Positions 38,828 to 52,162 are shown, counted from the first letter of the stretch. The stretch: DNA of 64,000 bases from Eledone cirrhosa (GCA_964016885.1 OZ024741.1:65534001-65598000); one strand, 5' to 3'. Numbers and translations: made by a program. Notes: a model not told the origin generated them from the sequence alone.

Positions 38828-40459
38828 TTAATTAGGTTTATAATATTTAAATGTTTTTCTTAGTTTATGATTACACGATATAATTAATTCCTGTCGTTTA
38901 TTTAATAGGATATCCTTAGATTTCATTATTTCAAATAGTTCTTGGGAACATAATCTACATTCATTTCTATTATTTTGATAAGGGGTGGCTCTTTTGAGCA
39001 CACTCCAGGTCATATCATATTCTATATTCTTATTTTTATAACTATTGATTTTTTCTGCTAGAGATGTTGTATTAGCCAGTGCGGCATTTTAAAAACTATG
39101 TTTGTGGGTATTAAACCTTACCTTAAAATTGTTAGAAGTAGCTCCTATATATGAGCAAATAGAATCTTTAGTTTTAACATTACATTTATAAACTATGTTG
39201 TTAACAAGACAATTTCCTTTTAATGGGCAGTTTGCTTTGTTTCTACAGTTACAACCTTTCGTTAATTCTGTATTTGAGGAGATATTATGGTTAGTTTGAT
39301 GTATTGGTGGTATACTTATGGTATTCTTACATTTATATGCATTATAGGCACTTATATTTTGTTTTATGTTATTTGTTGTTGAGTATGAGAATTTAACTGT
39401 AGACCTATTTAAGATTTGATGGTATTTGTGGTTTGGCGGGAAGTTTTTCTCTAGGATATAAAAAAATTTTTTAGCAATATTATCCTTAATTTGTAAATTA
39501 AGTGGGGCATTATACCAAGTAACTCGTCTATTACGGTTTCTATGTTGTTTATTATTTTTATAGGTTGTATCGTGATGTTTACTAGGAGGATTAATGTTAA
39601 TGATCTCACCACGCACATTTTTAGTTAGATTTGTAGATTTAGGTGTTTTATCTTGTTTATTGGGAGTTTTATTATTAACATTTATTAGAGTTGTATGATG
39701 AGTAGTTTTTTGAGAGTTACTATACTTTATATTAGAAGAGTTGTTGGTATTTTGGGGTATAGTGTGGGTGGCATTTAGGTGTGTACTTTTCATTTGGTGT
39801 TTGTTGGTAATATTAGGTTGTATGTTTATAGTATTTTTAGTAGAAGGTATATATTCTAATCTATTTTTGTGGCCACTTCTATCTAGAGCTTCGTTATAGA
39901 AGGTCGCATTTTTATCAAATACATCTTGGTTAGAAGAAAGGTTAGAAATTCTAAGTGATATATTATATGCAAGGTTTTTAAGGATAGATTTAGGGTGATT
40001 AGATTGTGAGTGTATGTAGTGTAAGTTTTGGTTGGGTTTATGGTAAGGTTGGTAGATACCCGTAGCTAAGTCTAAAGTTATATCTAGGAAATTTACTACT
40101 TTACTTGTTTTTTCAAAAGTAATATGAAGACTATAATAGTCTTTAAGGAAAGTTCTAATATGCTTTTTGTTTTTTTCTATTTCTGAAAGGCTAAGGTTGT
40201 TGGAAAGAAGAAGACAGTCATCACGATATAAACCACCTTTAAGGTGGGGAAAGGAGGCATTTATGTTGAAAAGGAGAAAGAGGCCCACAAGATCAGTAAT
40301 TTGGGCGGAATCGCTTGAACCCATAGTAATATCAAATAGATTACTATATGTGTTTCTGGTCCAGTATTCATTCTGAAATTCAATAAGTGTTAGTCTAGCA
40401 TGTGTAATAATATTAATGTCATCCAAAGTTAAGTTAGATCTATTTTTAGCAAATATCAA
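38828..40459 (-). pseudogene. PLE RT C-terminal half + GIY-YIG with one in-frame stop at 39089
   Basis: TMGSSDSAQITDLVGL, GLYRDD, VNFLDITL, CNCRNKANCPLKGNCL, YIG..FKVRFNTH, CRLC, LNKR..CNH. Confidence 0.9.
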
Positions 40460-41313
40460 TAAACATAGTTTATAAATGTAATGTTAAAACTAAAGATTCT
40501 ATTTGCTCATATATAGGAGCTACTTCTAACAATTTTAAGGTAAGGTTTAATACCCACAAACATAGTTTTTAAAATGCCGCACTGGCTAATACAACATCTC
40601 TAGCAGAAAAAATCAATAGTTATAAAAATAAGAATATAGAATATGATATGACCTGGAGTGTGCTCAAAAGAGCCACCCCTTATCAAAATAATAGAAATGA
40701 ATGTAGATTATGTTCCCAAGAACTATTTGAAATAATGAAATCTAAGGATATCCTATTAAATAAACGACAGGAATTAATTATATCGTGTAATCATAAACTA
40801 AGAAAAACATTTAAATATTATAAACCTAATTAATAACATTATTTTAGAAATTAATATATAATTTAATTTAAATGTTAGTTAACCTATAAATTTAATTTAA
40901 TTAAAATTCTACTACAGATGAGATTATAAAATATTGTGTAATCATAAATTGTGAAAAACTTTTAAATATTACTAATATATACTTCGTAAATTAATTTATA
41001 GATTAATTTTAATTTATTTAACCTTTTATTAAAATTCCTTTACAGATAAAATATAACAAAATATCGTGTATTCAATGACAGAGAAATAATTTTTAATATT
41101 ATAGACCTAATTAATGTACATTTTAGAAATATATTTATAATTTGGTTTTAAATTTGTTTAACCTAAAAATTTAATTTAATTGGCTTAAAATTAATATCCT
41201 AATACAGATGGATTGCAGAGTGTCTTGTAATCATAGACTGAGATAGGTTTTGGATGTATACCTAGTTAATATATTCTTTGCAATTTTTGAAAAAATATGT
41301 ATATGTATGTATA

Positions 41314-41384
<71 letters not shown>

Positions 41385-42076
41385 GTATATGTATATATAT
41401 ATGTGTATGTATTAATTTTAATTTCTGATTACCTATAATTATATTCTACTATAGATAAAATACAATATCTGTTTTAATTATTATAAACCAAATTAACATA
41501 TACTATAGAAATTAATATATAATTTTTAATTTGGTTAACCTATAATTTATATTCTACTACCGATGTAATACTTTATTTGTTTTTTTCCCTATTACTAAAT
41601 TCATTTCCTAATATTGATACCATAACGTTAATAATTTTAATTTAGTTATACTATAATTAATACTCTACTACTATTTAACTTCAAAATTCCGCTTCAAATA
41701 TTATAAACCTAAGTAGTATACACCTTAGAAATCAATATATTAACTATCTTTAATTTAGTTAACCTATAATTAATAGTCTACTTATATTAAAATGCATAAT
41801 TTTGCCTTCTTTCTTACATTTCCTAATACTGAAACTACTATGTAAACACATATTGTGATCTAAATGCAGATTAATATTCTATGTTTCTTGAAACCTATAT
41901 TTACTATAATCCCCTCCCCCCCCCTTTTATTATTTGTATTTGTAAGCGTGGATGTATGTATGTATATGTAGGTAGGTATGTATGTTTGGGTGTTTGTATG
42001 TGAGTATAAAAATACATATGTGCGCATGTAAATAAGGGTGTATGATTGTGTGTATATATATATATATATATATGTG

Positions 42077-42108
<32 letters not shown>

Positions 42109-42317
42109 TATATGTATCTATGTATTTATGTGGGTATATGTGTGTATGTATATGTATGCACATGTATACGTCTATGTGTATATGTGTGTATGTGTATATA
42201 TGTACGTATGTGCGTATGTATATGTGAGTGTGTGTATATATATATATATATATATAAATATATATATATATATTTGTAGTTGATGTGTGTATGTGTATAT
42301 ATATATGTATGTATATG

Positions 42318-42410
<93 letters not shown>

Positions 42411-42520
42411 ATATATATATATATGTATGTGTGTGCATATTTGTCTGACTGTGTGTATTAATTAATTTATTTATTTATTTCTTTTATTTCTTTATTTTTT
42501 TATATATATGTATATATATA

Positions 42521-42579
<59 letters not shown>

Positions 42580-43088
42580 ATATATATGTATGTGTGTATG
42601 TATGTGTATGTATGTGTGTGTGTGTGTACGTGTGTATATATTTATATGTGTATATGTATCTCTATTTATATATGTATATATGTGTATGTATATCCCTTTA
42701 TTTATGTATGTCTGAGTTGTGTGAGCGTGTGTATATGTATGTGTGTGTGTGTGTGTACGTGTGTATATATTTATATGTGTATATGTATCTCTATTTATAT
42801 ATGTATATATGTGTATGTATATCCCTTTATTTATGTATGTCTGAGTTGTGTGAGCGTGTGGTGGTGTTTGTATGTATATACGCATACATGGATGCGTATG
42901 TAGTTGTATATATGCGTATATGTATGTGTGTATGTATGTGAGTATATATGTATGTCTATGTATGAGTATGTATGTGTGTGTATGTATGTGTATATATGTG
43001 TGTGTATATATATATATATATATATTTATTATATGTGTATGTGTATGTATATATATCTTTGTATATGTGTATGTGTATATGTGTGTAT

Positions 43089-43176
<88 letters not shown>

Positions 43177-43232
43177 GTGGGTATGTATGTGTATGTGTGT
43201 ATATACATGAGTGTGTTTATATATGTGTGTAG

Positions 43233-43284
<52 letters not shown>

Positions 43285-43491
43285 TGTGAATGTATATATA
43301 TATATGTATGTGTGTATGTTTACATATATATATGTGTGTATATGTGTATATGTCTATGTATTTATATGTGTATATGTATGTGTCTCTATATGTATGCGTG
43401 TGTGTATGTGTATGTGTATTTATATGGTGTGTGTATGTATATGTATGTGTATGTATGTGTTTATGTATATGTGTATGTATATGTATGTATA

Positions 43492-43530
<39 letters not shown>

Positions 43531-43564
43531 GTATGTATATCGATGTATATTTTATATTTTACTT

Positions 43565-43641
<77 letters not shown>

Positions 43642-44245
43642 CTTAATATATTTCTTTTTTCTTTTTCTTTTTATTTCTAAATTTATAGATACATTTATAA
43701 ATAGGCAGTTTGCTGACACCGCTAAATACTGATCTCTTCCCCCCCCCCCACCTACTTTCTGTATCTGGATCTAAATATGTGTGGCAGTGTTTATGTGCGC
43801 GCATTAATGTCCATATGCTTATGATAATAGTATATACACATATATGTGTGTGGGGGTGTGTGTGTGTATGTATGTTCGTGGTTGTGTGTATGTTTATGCG
43901 TATACGCGCGTGTGTGTGTGAATGTACGTATATGTGTGAGTATATGAATGTGTGTATATATTTATTTTTTTATTTTTATATTTATATGTTTATATGCGTA
44001 TACGTATTTTATCTGTAGATTATAAACATACAGAGACATTAGCCTTGAATTTTTGTATTTACATACATCTTTTCGGCATGCGTATGCATGTGAACATATA
44101 TTTTTATGCATATCTGTGAACGAAGTTACTTACATATATACACACACCTAACTGTATAAACTTTTTGTGTTTTCATTGGTCAATTTGAACTCTGTTCCCA
44201 AACAGACCTGTAATTTTGAATTGTTGTTATTATCAATAAATATAT

Positions 44246-44389
44246 TTCATTATTTCTGAAGACGGCATATATATGTGTTGGTATGTATATTTAATTTTGA
44301 TAGTTTGTATAATTTTGTACATAGATCTGTTGAATATGCATGCCAATTCTAACACATATATATCCTAGAAACGATCGTTAAATAATGAA
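44246..44389 (+). ncRNA. Type I hammerhead ribozyme with a long stem II
   Basis: TTCATTATTT-CTGAAGA-~105 nt (ATATATATGTGTTGG/CTAACACATATATAT)-GAAA-CGATCG-TT|AAATAATGAA. Confidence 0.8.
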
Positions 44390-44477
44390 CTTTTTTTGTT
44401 TAATATAAGGAACTGTTTCATTGTTTTATTCATTATTTTTTAAATATTTTATATATATATATATATATATATTATAT

Positions 44478-44537
<60 letters not shown>

Positions 44538-44540
<3 letters not shown>

Positions 44541-44836
44541 AAAGTTCTATTTAAATTGTTGGGATACAACAAGTAAATATTTTTATAACTGATATAAAGC
44601 ACTCGACAAGTATTTGGAGTAGATATACGATATTAACAAATGGAAACTATATTTATAAAACCATATTTATTTCATTATACATATTTCAAGGATACCAAGT
44701 TAAATTATGGTATGCCTTCATCAGACAAAATACAATATATACCAGTTTTATAAATAAACATTGATGTACCCTTTCAAAATGCGACCGTTACTTTTGGAGG
44801 CCAAAAGTAACGGTCGCATTTTGAAAGGGTATATCG
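44538..44836 (-). mobile_element. Solo pLTR fragment of the 30080-34950 PLE family with a terminal hairpin (44763-44835)
   Basis: Homologous to 30080-30284. 35-bp inverted repeat with a 3-nt loop. Confidence 0.8.
44668..44732 (-). ncRNA. Type I hammerhead ribozyme
   Basis: TATTTTGT-CTGATGA-AGGCATACCA..TGGTATCCTT-GAAA-TATGTA-TA|ATGAAATA. Confidence 0.78.
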
Positions 44837-44837
44837 T

Positions 44838-44871
<34 letters not shown>

Positions 44872-44874
<3 letters not shown>

Positions 44875-45061
44875 GGAACCAGTAAGACCCCGACAGCTGA
44901 GCTCAAGCCGTTTCGACGGCTAATTCTAATGAATTAGCCGTCGAAACGGCTTGAGCTCAGCTGTCGGGGTCTTACTGGTTCCTATTACCCACTCTACTAC
45001 CTCAAGTATTGAGTACTTTGGTGCGTTATGGTCTACCTGGTTCCTTACCACATTTCCTTCG

Positions 45062-45063
<2 letters not shown>
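44872..45063 (+). mobile_element. Fold-back pLTR end carrying only the 3' half of an HHR, related to 471-570
   Basis: 55-bp perfect inverted repeat (44872-44926 / 44931-44985) containing GTCGAAACGGCTTGAGCTCAGCTGTCGGGG, plus a 78-bp tail. Confidence 0.78.
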
Positions 45064-45126
<63 letters not shown>

Positions 45127-45130
<4 letters not shown>

Positions 45131-45507
45131 TATGTATGTATACGTACATACATATATGTATACAGACGTACAGTAGCATGCATATATATATATATATATA
45201 TATATAGGTACACATACATATAAAAAAAAAAATTTTAAAAAAGGTGACGTGGTTGCCTTAACACCGTACGGCATAAATTCAGGCTGTTCAGTTTGTTTAC
45301 AAACGAACAAAGCGGGCGTTATAATAAGCGTCCGCTAAACTGATACGTACATATATGTATGTGTACCTGTATGTATATATATATATATATATGCATGCTA
45401 CTGTACGTCTGTATACATATATGTATGTACGTATACATACATACTTACATTTAAGTAAGTGCCGTACTAAGAGTGAGAAATGAAATTTCGCTTTCATTTT
45501 ATTACAA

Positions 45508-45510
<3 letters not shown>
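45127..45510. mobile_element. Fold-back element with a structured spacer and tail, no clear HHR
   Basis: Arms ~45127-45222 / 45352-45447 between TA tracts. Confidence 0.6.
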
Positions 45511-45595
<85 letters not shown>

Positions 45596-45647
45596 CATAT
45601 ATATATATACATATATATATATATACATTATATATATATATATCTAT

Positions 45648-45902
45648 CTAAGGCGGGTAAAATTCCCGAGATCCATGGACGAGTTCTTTCCTGCGGTCTC
45701 TGTCCCTCATTATCGCTGCCATATCCTGCATCTCCAACAGACCAGTGTCTGTCCTTAGGGCATCAACATATGTTAACCTTGGTCTTCCTCTTCTAGTGTG
45801 TCCATGTAGGGGCTCCCAAAGGAGCACTGAGTGCAATGTCAACTCTGGATGTCGGTGAGCATGTCCAGCCAACCTCAGTCTCCTCTGTGTCACTTTTGAG
45901 CT

Positions 45903-45905
<3 letters not shown>
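45648..45905 (-). mobile_element. RTE-type LINE 3' fragment (third family)
   Basis: [27 protein letters not shown], with the stop followed directly by (TA)n. Confidence 0.8.
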
Positions 45906-45946
<41 letters not shown>

Positions 45947-45947
<1 letters not shown>

Positions 45948-46129
45948 GCGGTGGATTGGCAGTATCGGTGGAGGGTCGGACACCATGCTTTCCAGCATAG
46001 TTACGTCCCTTTACAATCTGAGTTCAAATCCCGCCGAGGTTGACTTTGCCTTTCAACCTTACGGGGTCGATAATATAAAGTACCAGTAATGTACTGGGTA
46101 ATTGCTGGCCTTGTGCCTAAAGTAGAAAC

Positions 46130-46133
<4 letters not shown>
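45947..46133 (+). mobile_element. SINE family M
   Basis: Full copy. Confidence 0.85.
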
Positions 46134-46194
<61 letters not shown>

Positions 46195-46374
46195 TCATAT
46201 AATATATATATATATATTATATATATATATAATATATATATATATAATATAGGAGGTGAGTTTTATTGTAGTACAATAAAGCAATGCAGATATCGGATAA
46301 GAAGCACTCTACAGTTTGTAGGACTGGAGTATACATAATATATAAGAACAAAAGATGGTTAAAAGAGTTCCATG

Positions 46375-46445
46375 TATTTTATTATGCGCATTTCAAAAAC
46401 AAATATCATCATGCAATAATATTTGTGTTTTCATCAGATAAAATA
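46375..46445 (-). ncRNA. Type I hammerhead ribozyme
   Basis: Reverse-complement copy of 46507-46577 with one stem II difference. Confidence 0.88.
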
Positions 46446-46506
46446 GGAACACTTGTGGAAACTGCACTATCCACAAGTGTTTTTTAACCTTCATATCATG
46501 TCTTCC

Positions 46507-46577
46507 TATTTTATCTGATGAAAACATAAATATTATTGCATGATGATATTTGTTTTTGAAATGCGCATAATAAAATA
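46507..46577 (+). ncRNA. Type I hammerhead ribozyme
   Basis: TATTTTAT-CTGATGA(46515)-stem II-GAAA-TGCGCA-TA|ATAAAATA. Predicted cut after 46569. Confidence 0.9.
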
Positions 46578-46764
46578 CATGGAACTCTTTTAACCATCTT
46601 TTGTTCTTATATATATATAATATATATATATATAATATATATATATATATAATATATTATTATAATATATATATATAATATATAATATATAATATTAATA
46701 TATAATATATATATATAATATATATATAATATATAATATATATATATATATAATATATATATAT

Positions 46765-47169
46765 ATAATAAATCGGGAAAGAAGAGTGACACTGACTGCA
46801 AGAATGAACTGACTGCAAGACACTTTATTTCTCGCAAGCTCCGATTAACTGACTGGTTATAACTTTGTATTGGCGATCGAGTAACGTGATAATAAGCGGA
46901 TAGCGATCTCTAGACCTACCAGTTCAGAGAAACAATTGTCAGCAAGGAGATTAAAAACCTTTTTTGTATAGCAAACCGTGTCACTCTTCTTTCCCGATTT
47001 ATTATTACTCCAAGTGTTTACAACATAGGAATTACAGCGTACTCGCAGCATCACTATGGAAACGCCTTGTTGAGTCAAACTTAGCCAAGCGTTGATATCA
47101 TCCACTACCCGGAATACCATAACTGGACTACACCTAAGTGGACTGCATATAACAATTATTTGTTACCCC

Positions 47170-47170
<1 letters not shown>
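46765..47170. mobile_element. Fold-back element (28-bp arms 46765-46792 / 46978-47005, 165-bp tail), no clear HHR
   Basis: ataataaatcgggaaagaagagtgacac and its reverse complement, between TA tracts. Confidence 0.6.
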
Positions 47171-47209
<39 letters not shown>

Positions 47210-47328
47210 TGAGATTCTACAGGACTAGAACTGTTTCATTCTTTAGAAATCATCATAAAACTTTTATACTCTGCTATGTATTGAGTACCTTACTTACTGT
47301 GGTTACCTCCGATTCAACCCGGAATAAC

Positions 47329-47454
<126 letters not shown>

Positions 47455-47462
47455 TATATAAT

Positions 47463-47547
<85 letters not shown>

Positions 47548-47641
47548 ATAAATATATATATATAATAAATATAATAAATATATATATATATATAATATAT
47601 ATATATATAAATATATATAATATATATATATATATATATAA

Positions 47642-47684
<43 letters not shown>

Positions 47685-47861
47685 TATATAATATATATAT
47701 TTAACATATATATAATATATATATATATAATATATATATATATAATAAATATATATATATAATATATATATAATATATATATAATATATATATATATAAT
47801 AAATATATATATAATATATATATAATATATATATATATAATATATATATAATATATATATA

Positions 47862-47892
<31 letters not shown>

Positions 47893-47964
47893 ATAAATAT
47901 ATATATATATAATAAATATATATATATATATAATAAATATATATATATATATATAATAAATATA

Positions 47965-48693
47965 TCATCATCATCATCATCATCACCGTTTTACGTCCGT
48001 TCTTCCACGCTAGCATGGGTTAGACGGGTTGTCCTGTTGTGGGCAGTGTCTGGTCGGCTGACCATGCCTTGCTCATACAGGAACTGATCTGGCTTGATTT
48101 CTACAGCTGGATGCCCTTCCTAACACCAACCTCATTTACAGTGAGTGCTGGGTGCTTTTTCGTGGCGCCTACACGTCCACTTTACAGTGTGGGCTGGGTG
48201 CTTTTTTGCCGTGGCACCTCCACGACCACCTTGCGGTGGGGGGGGGGGGGGCATATTGTTTATATGCTTCAGCATGTACCCATGGGAGGTCGGGTACCCT
48301 GTATTACTGCGTGACGCCAGAAGTCACGGTCGTGTGTCATTGACTTTGAGAGGTGTAGTTGGGTAAGGTCGGCTTTTATCACCTCATCCCAAGTCATCTT
48401 GGGTCTCCCCACTCCGCGGTTTCCATCAACTTCTAGTGCTCTGCACCTTTTTATGCAGCTGTCATCCTTCATACGCATCACATGTCCATACCAGCGTAAC
48501 CGCCTCTCCTGCACGCAGCATTTGATTCCTCTTATGCTCAGTCTCTCTCTCAATTCATTTATGCTTTGTCGTTCACGTATATTACTGTTACACATCCATC
48601 GGAGCATGCAGGCTTCGTTTCTCTCTAATCTACGTAAGTCTTCCACCTTCAGCGCCCAGGTCTCACTACCATGCAACATCGCTGTTCGGATAC
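47965..48693 (-). mobile_element. RTE family A 3' fragment
   Basis: Apparently identical to 18776-19503. Confidence 0.93.
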
Positions 48694-48901
48694 TATATAA
48701 TAAATATATATATATATATATATATAATAAATATATATATATATATATATATAATATATATATATATATAATATATATATATATATAATAAATATATATA
48801 TATATAAATATAATAAATATATATATATATATATATATATAATAAATATATATATATATATATATAATAAATATATATATGTGTATATAATATATATATA
48901 T

Positions 48902-48975
<74 letters not shown>

Positions 48976-49034
48976 ACATAATATATATATAATATATATA
49001 ATATATATATATATATATAATATATATATATATA

Positions 49035-49067
<33 letters not shown>

Positions 49068-49086
49068 ATATATATATACATATATA

Positions 49087-49548
49087 TTTACTCACTGAAA
49101 TTTTACTCACTCCAACGTCGCCGTGAGCGTTATATTATCTGCATGATGTGGAAAATGTTCCATCATCACTGCCCAAATGATGTTGGCATCGCCTTCAAGA
49201 TACACCCAAGGCTTGGGCCCCGTGCTATCCGTCCCATTCAAAAATCTAAATCGCAACTCATAACAACAATACGGCACAATTATTTCACCTCAATCGGCCC
49301 TGCTCTCTTCAACATCACACCAGGACACGTCAAAACAGAAACTGACCACACAAAATTCAAGAAGTCTTTGGACAAATTCCTCCAAGTAATCCCGGACAAA
49401 CCACCCACACCCGGATATGTCTCCGCAAACAGTAATTCTCTTCTCGAATGGGCCATGGTGCCCAAATCCTGAATTGAAAGACTTCGCCAGGTGGTGCTAT
49501 TAAGTTAGACATGGCCTGGGCCAATACTGGCCAAAACATTTCAAAGTT
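49087..49548 (+). mobile_element. CR1/Jockey-group LINE 3' fragment
   Basis: [35 protein letters not shown]-terminal motif. Confidence 0.7.
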
Positions 49549-49559
49549 ATATATACATA

Positions 49560-49593
<34 letters not shown>

Positions 49594-49608
49594 CATATAT
49601 ATATATAA

Positions 49609-49640
<32 letters not shown>

Positions 49641-49703
49641 ATATATATATATAATATATATATAATATATATATATATATAATATACATATATATATATA
49701 CAT

Positions 49704-49798
<95 letters not shown>

Positions 49799-49896
49799 TA
49801 TATATATATAATATCGAATAAGGAAAAGCGAAGTAGTTTCAGATGTTCAAGTCCTTTAATAATAATTGTTTCTACTTTAGGCACAAGAATAATAAT

Positions 49897-49970
49897 GCTG
49901 TGATATATATTTCAATGACGACACTGGCCACACTGTTCTGTGTGCGAGTGTCGTGTCATCATCAGACAGC
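49897..49970 (-). ncRNA. Type I hammerhead ribozyme
   Basis: GCTGT-CTGATGA-TGACACGACACT..CACAC..GTGTG..AGTGTCGTCATT-GAAA-TATATA-TC|ACAGC. Confidence 0.9.
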
Positions 49971-51199
49971 TTGTTACATAATAAGGTTGTTTCCGAGGCA
50001 ATCCAAATTGAATCGACATGGGAACGGACGAAGTTCGTGCTTTGGGGTTTTTCATCCGTTCCCTTGTGAGTACCAATTCACCCCCACCGGTCTGCGCAAG
50101 CGCATGTCCGAAGGAAGTTGACCATTAGCCACCGCAGATTTCAACGAAATTCGCTGTCAGTTCACCCTCTCAGCCAAAACAATGGCCCAGCTATGCCCTA
50201 CCAAAGTTTACTGCTACCCATCACTACTGTGGCAGTCAGCCGAAAGCCAGAGGGGATGGGAGGGTGTTAGTTTTTATAGGTCATAATACTACCTTTCACT
50301 AAACGTTGACAGTAAGACTGACCATCAACTCATAAGGGAAAATAAACTTAATTCTAGGTACTATGGTTTTACATTGTAAGTTAAGAGTGAGAGTTGGAAA
50401 TAAAAATTAAAAATTAAAATCCTAAATCAAATATCAGAGATTATAAATTAAACAATTAAAAATTAAAAAATTCTAAATTCAAAAATTTTTCAAGTGATAA
50501 TTCGGATTGAGTAAAAATATCGATTGAAGTGAGTAAATAATATGGAGAGAGATGTTTAAGTAATAAGTTCTGAGAGGGATTCTAGTGTCACAGTTACTCT
50601 ATCCACATATTGAACGACAGTGCCGTACATTATAACGGAGGGCAAACTACATGGTTCAAGGCATTAGTCAATCTGTTACACGGTCATAATTTCCATCACA
50701 TGGAAATCAAAGAAAAACAGACATAAAGTACACAAAGGAAAAGAAAAGAAAAGAACAGAACCAATAGTGAATAAATGCAAAAACACGGAGTACATATATG
50801 TAAAATTATCCATATGATTGTCCATCTGTCCATGTATAGATTGAATTGAGGGGGCTTCCGTTCAAATGCGATTTGGTGCAGGAAAATAGGGGTTTATCTT
50901 ATTTTTTGTTTCCGCGTATTTATCCTGCCGAAAGTTACTATTACGCCCGTCCAGTGTCAGGGGTTTTCACCCCCATGGTAGAGGGAATTTCCGGGGTAGC
51001 TCTTGGTTGGTTCCTCTCTTCTCCACCATATCGGTTACACCATAGAGCGCTCAACTAATCGGAGCTAAATTATTAGGGTAAATATTGATGTAATTCAGTT
51101 CAAGCACTCAACGTACTTTTTCCACATAGGAGTGACGGAGTAAATATCGAATAAGGAAAAGCGAAGTAGTTTCAGATGTTCAAGTCCTTTAATAATAAT

Positions 51200-51273
51200 G
51201 CTGTGATATATATTTCAATGACGACACTGGCCACACTGTTCTGTGTGCGAGTGCCGTGTCATCATCAGACAGC
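51200..51273 (-). ncRNA. Type I hammerhead ribozyme
   Basis: Same as 49897-49970 except one A>G change that gives a G-U pair in stem II. Confidence 0.9.
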
Positions 51274-51968
51274 TTGTTACATAATAAGGTTGTTTCCGAG
51301 GCAATCCAAATTGAATCGAATTTAGCTCCGATTAGTTGAGCGCTCTATGATGTAACCGCTGTTTGTTCTCTTTATGTGATATCTGTTGTTTCGCAGTCAT
51401 CTGTATGTAGAGTAGCGGACTGAATTCACTATTGTATCTAAAGAGTTCCGAGGTCATTGTATATTCGTATAAAATAATGACAAATGACAAACATAAATGG
51501 GCTGGCCACGTCTCTCGTTTCAGAGACAACAGGTGAACTATTACGATAAAAGAGTGGACACCAGGGCAATGGAGGAGAACCAGATGGCGGCCAATGTCCA
51601 GATTGTACGATAATCTGACCCAATACCTCTGCCTCACATGGCCAAAAATGGGCAGAGATATGAAACGGTGGAGGTCAACCAGGGAGGGATTCTTCCATCA
51701 GGAGTGAGAAGGCCCTGGATTTGAGATTTTGGAATGACAAATGTAACCGCAATAGAATAAACGAGGAATCATCTACTTGGTCGCCCGACAGACTATACCG
51801 ACCGTATCACTTCCAAATCACACAATAAATAAAGGGGTGCATTGGACAATGTGATGGTCACGGCTGGAATTATTTATGTAGTGATGTGAGCTCGAATGAA
51901 ATTAAATCCTGAATTTTATTTTATTACTCCAACAAGATCTTGTTGGATAAAAGACGCAATAACTATTT

Positions 51969-52162
51969 CAGACCTGCCAATCTCTAAAACCCCAAACGGG
52001 GAGTACCATGAAAAAGGGGCCCCAAAACGGGGAGAAATAAGGCAAAATGGGGAGATTTTACATAATGAAGGCTATACCCATTTTCGCAAGAGAAGATATC
52101 TCTCACTCGCCCCAAAGTGGGTGAGAGATCTCCCCGTCGGATAGGGAGAGTTGACAGGTCTG
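51969..52162. mobile_element. hAT-like MITE
   Basis: TIRs cagacctgccaatctc / gagagttgacaggtctg. Confidence 0.55.

Larger units (their letters stand above)
46251..46610. mobile_element. Fold-back PLE pLTR with two opposed HHRs
   Basis: Arms ~46340-46449 / 46503-46612 and tail 46251-46340. Same family as 29230-30023. Confidence 0.85.
49811..51358 (-). mobile_element. Non-coding retrozyme-like element: two ~177-bp direct repeats, each with an HHR, plus a short inversion
   Basis: 49811-50016 (containing a SINE-tail insertion) matches 51144-51319. 51320-51358 is the reverse complement of 51032-51070. There is no long internal ORF. Confidence 0.8.

Noticed and set aside
45250-45345. Twister ribozyme call
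   Set aside because: P2', the GA-T1' segment and P1 could not be matched; kept only as an unknown structured candidate.
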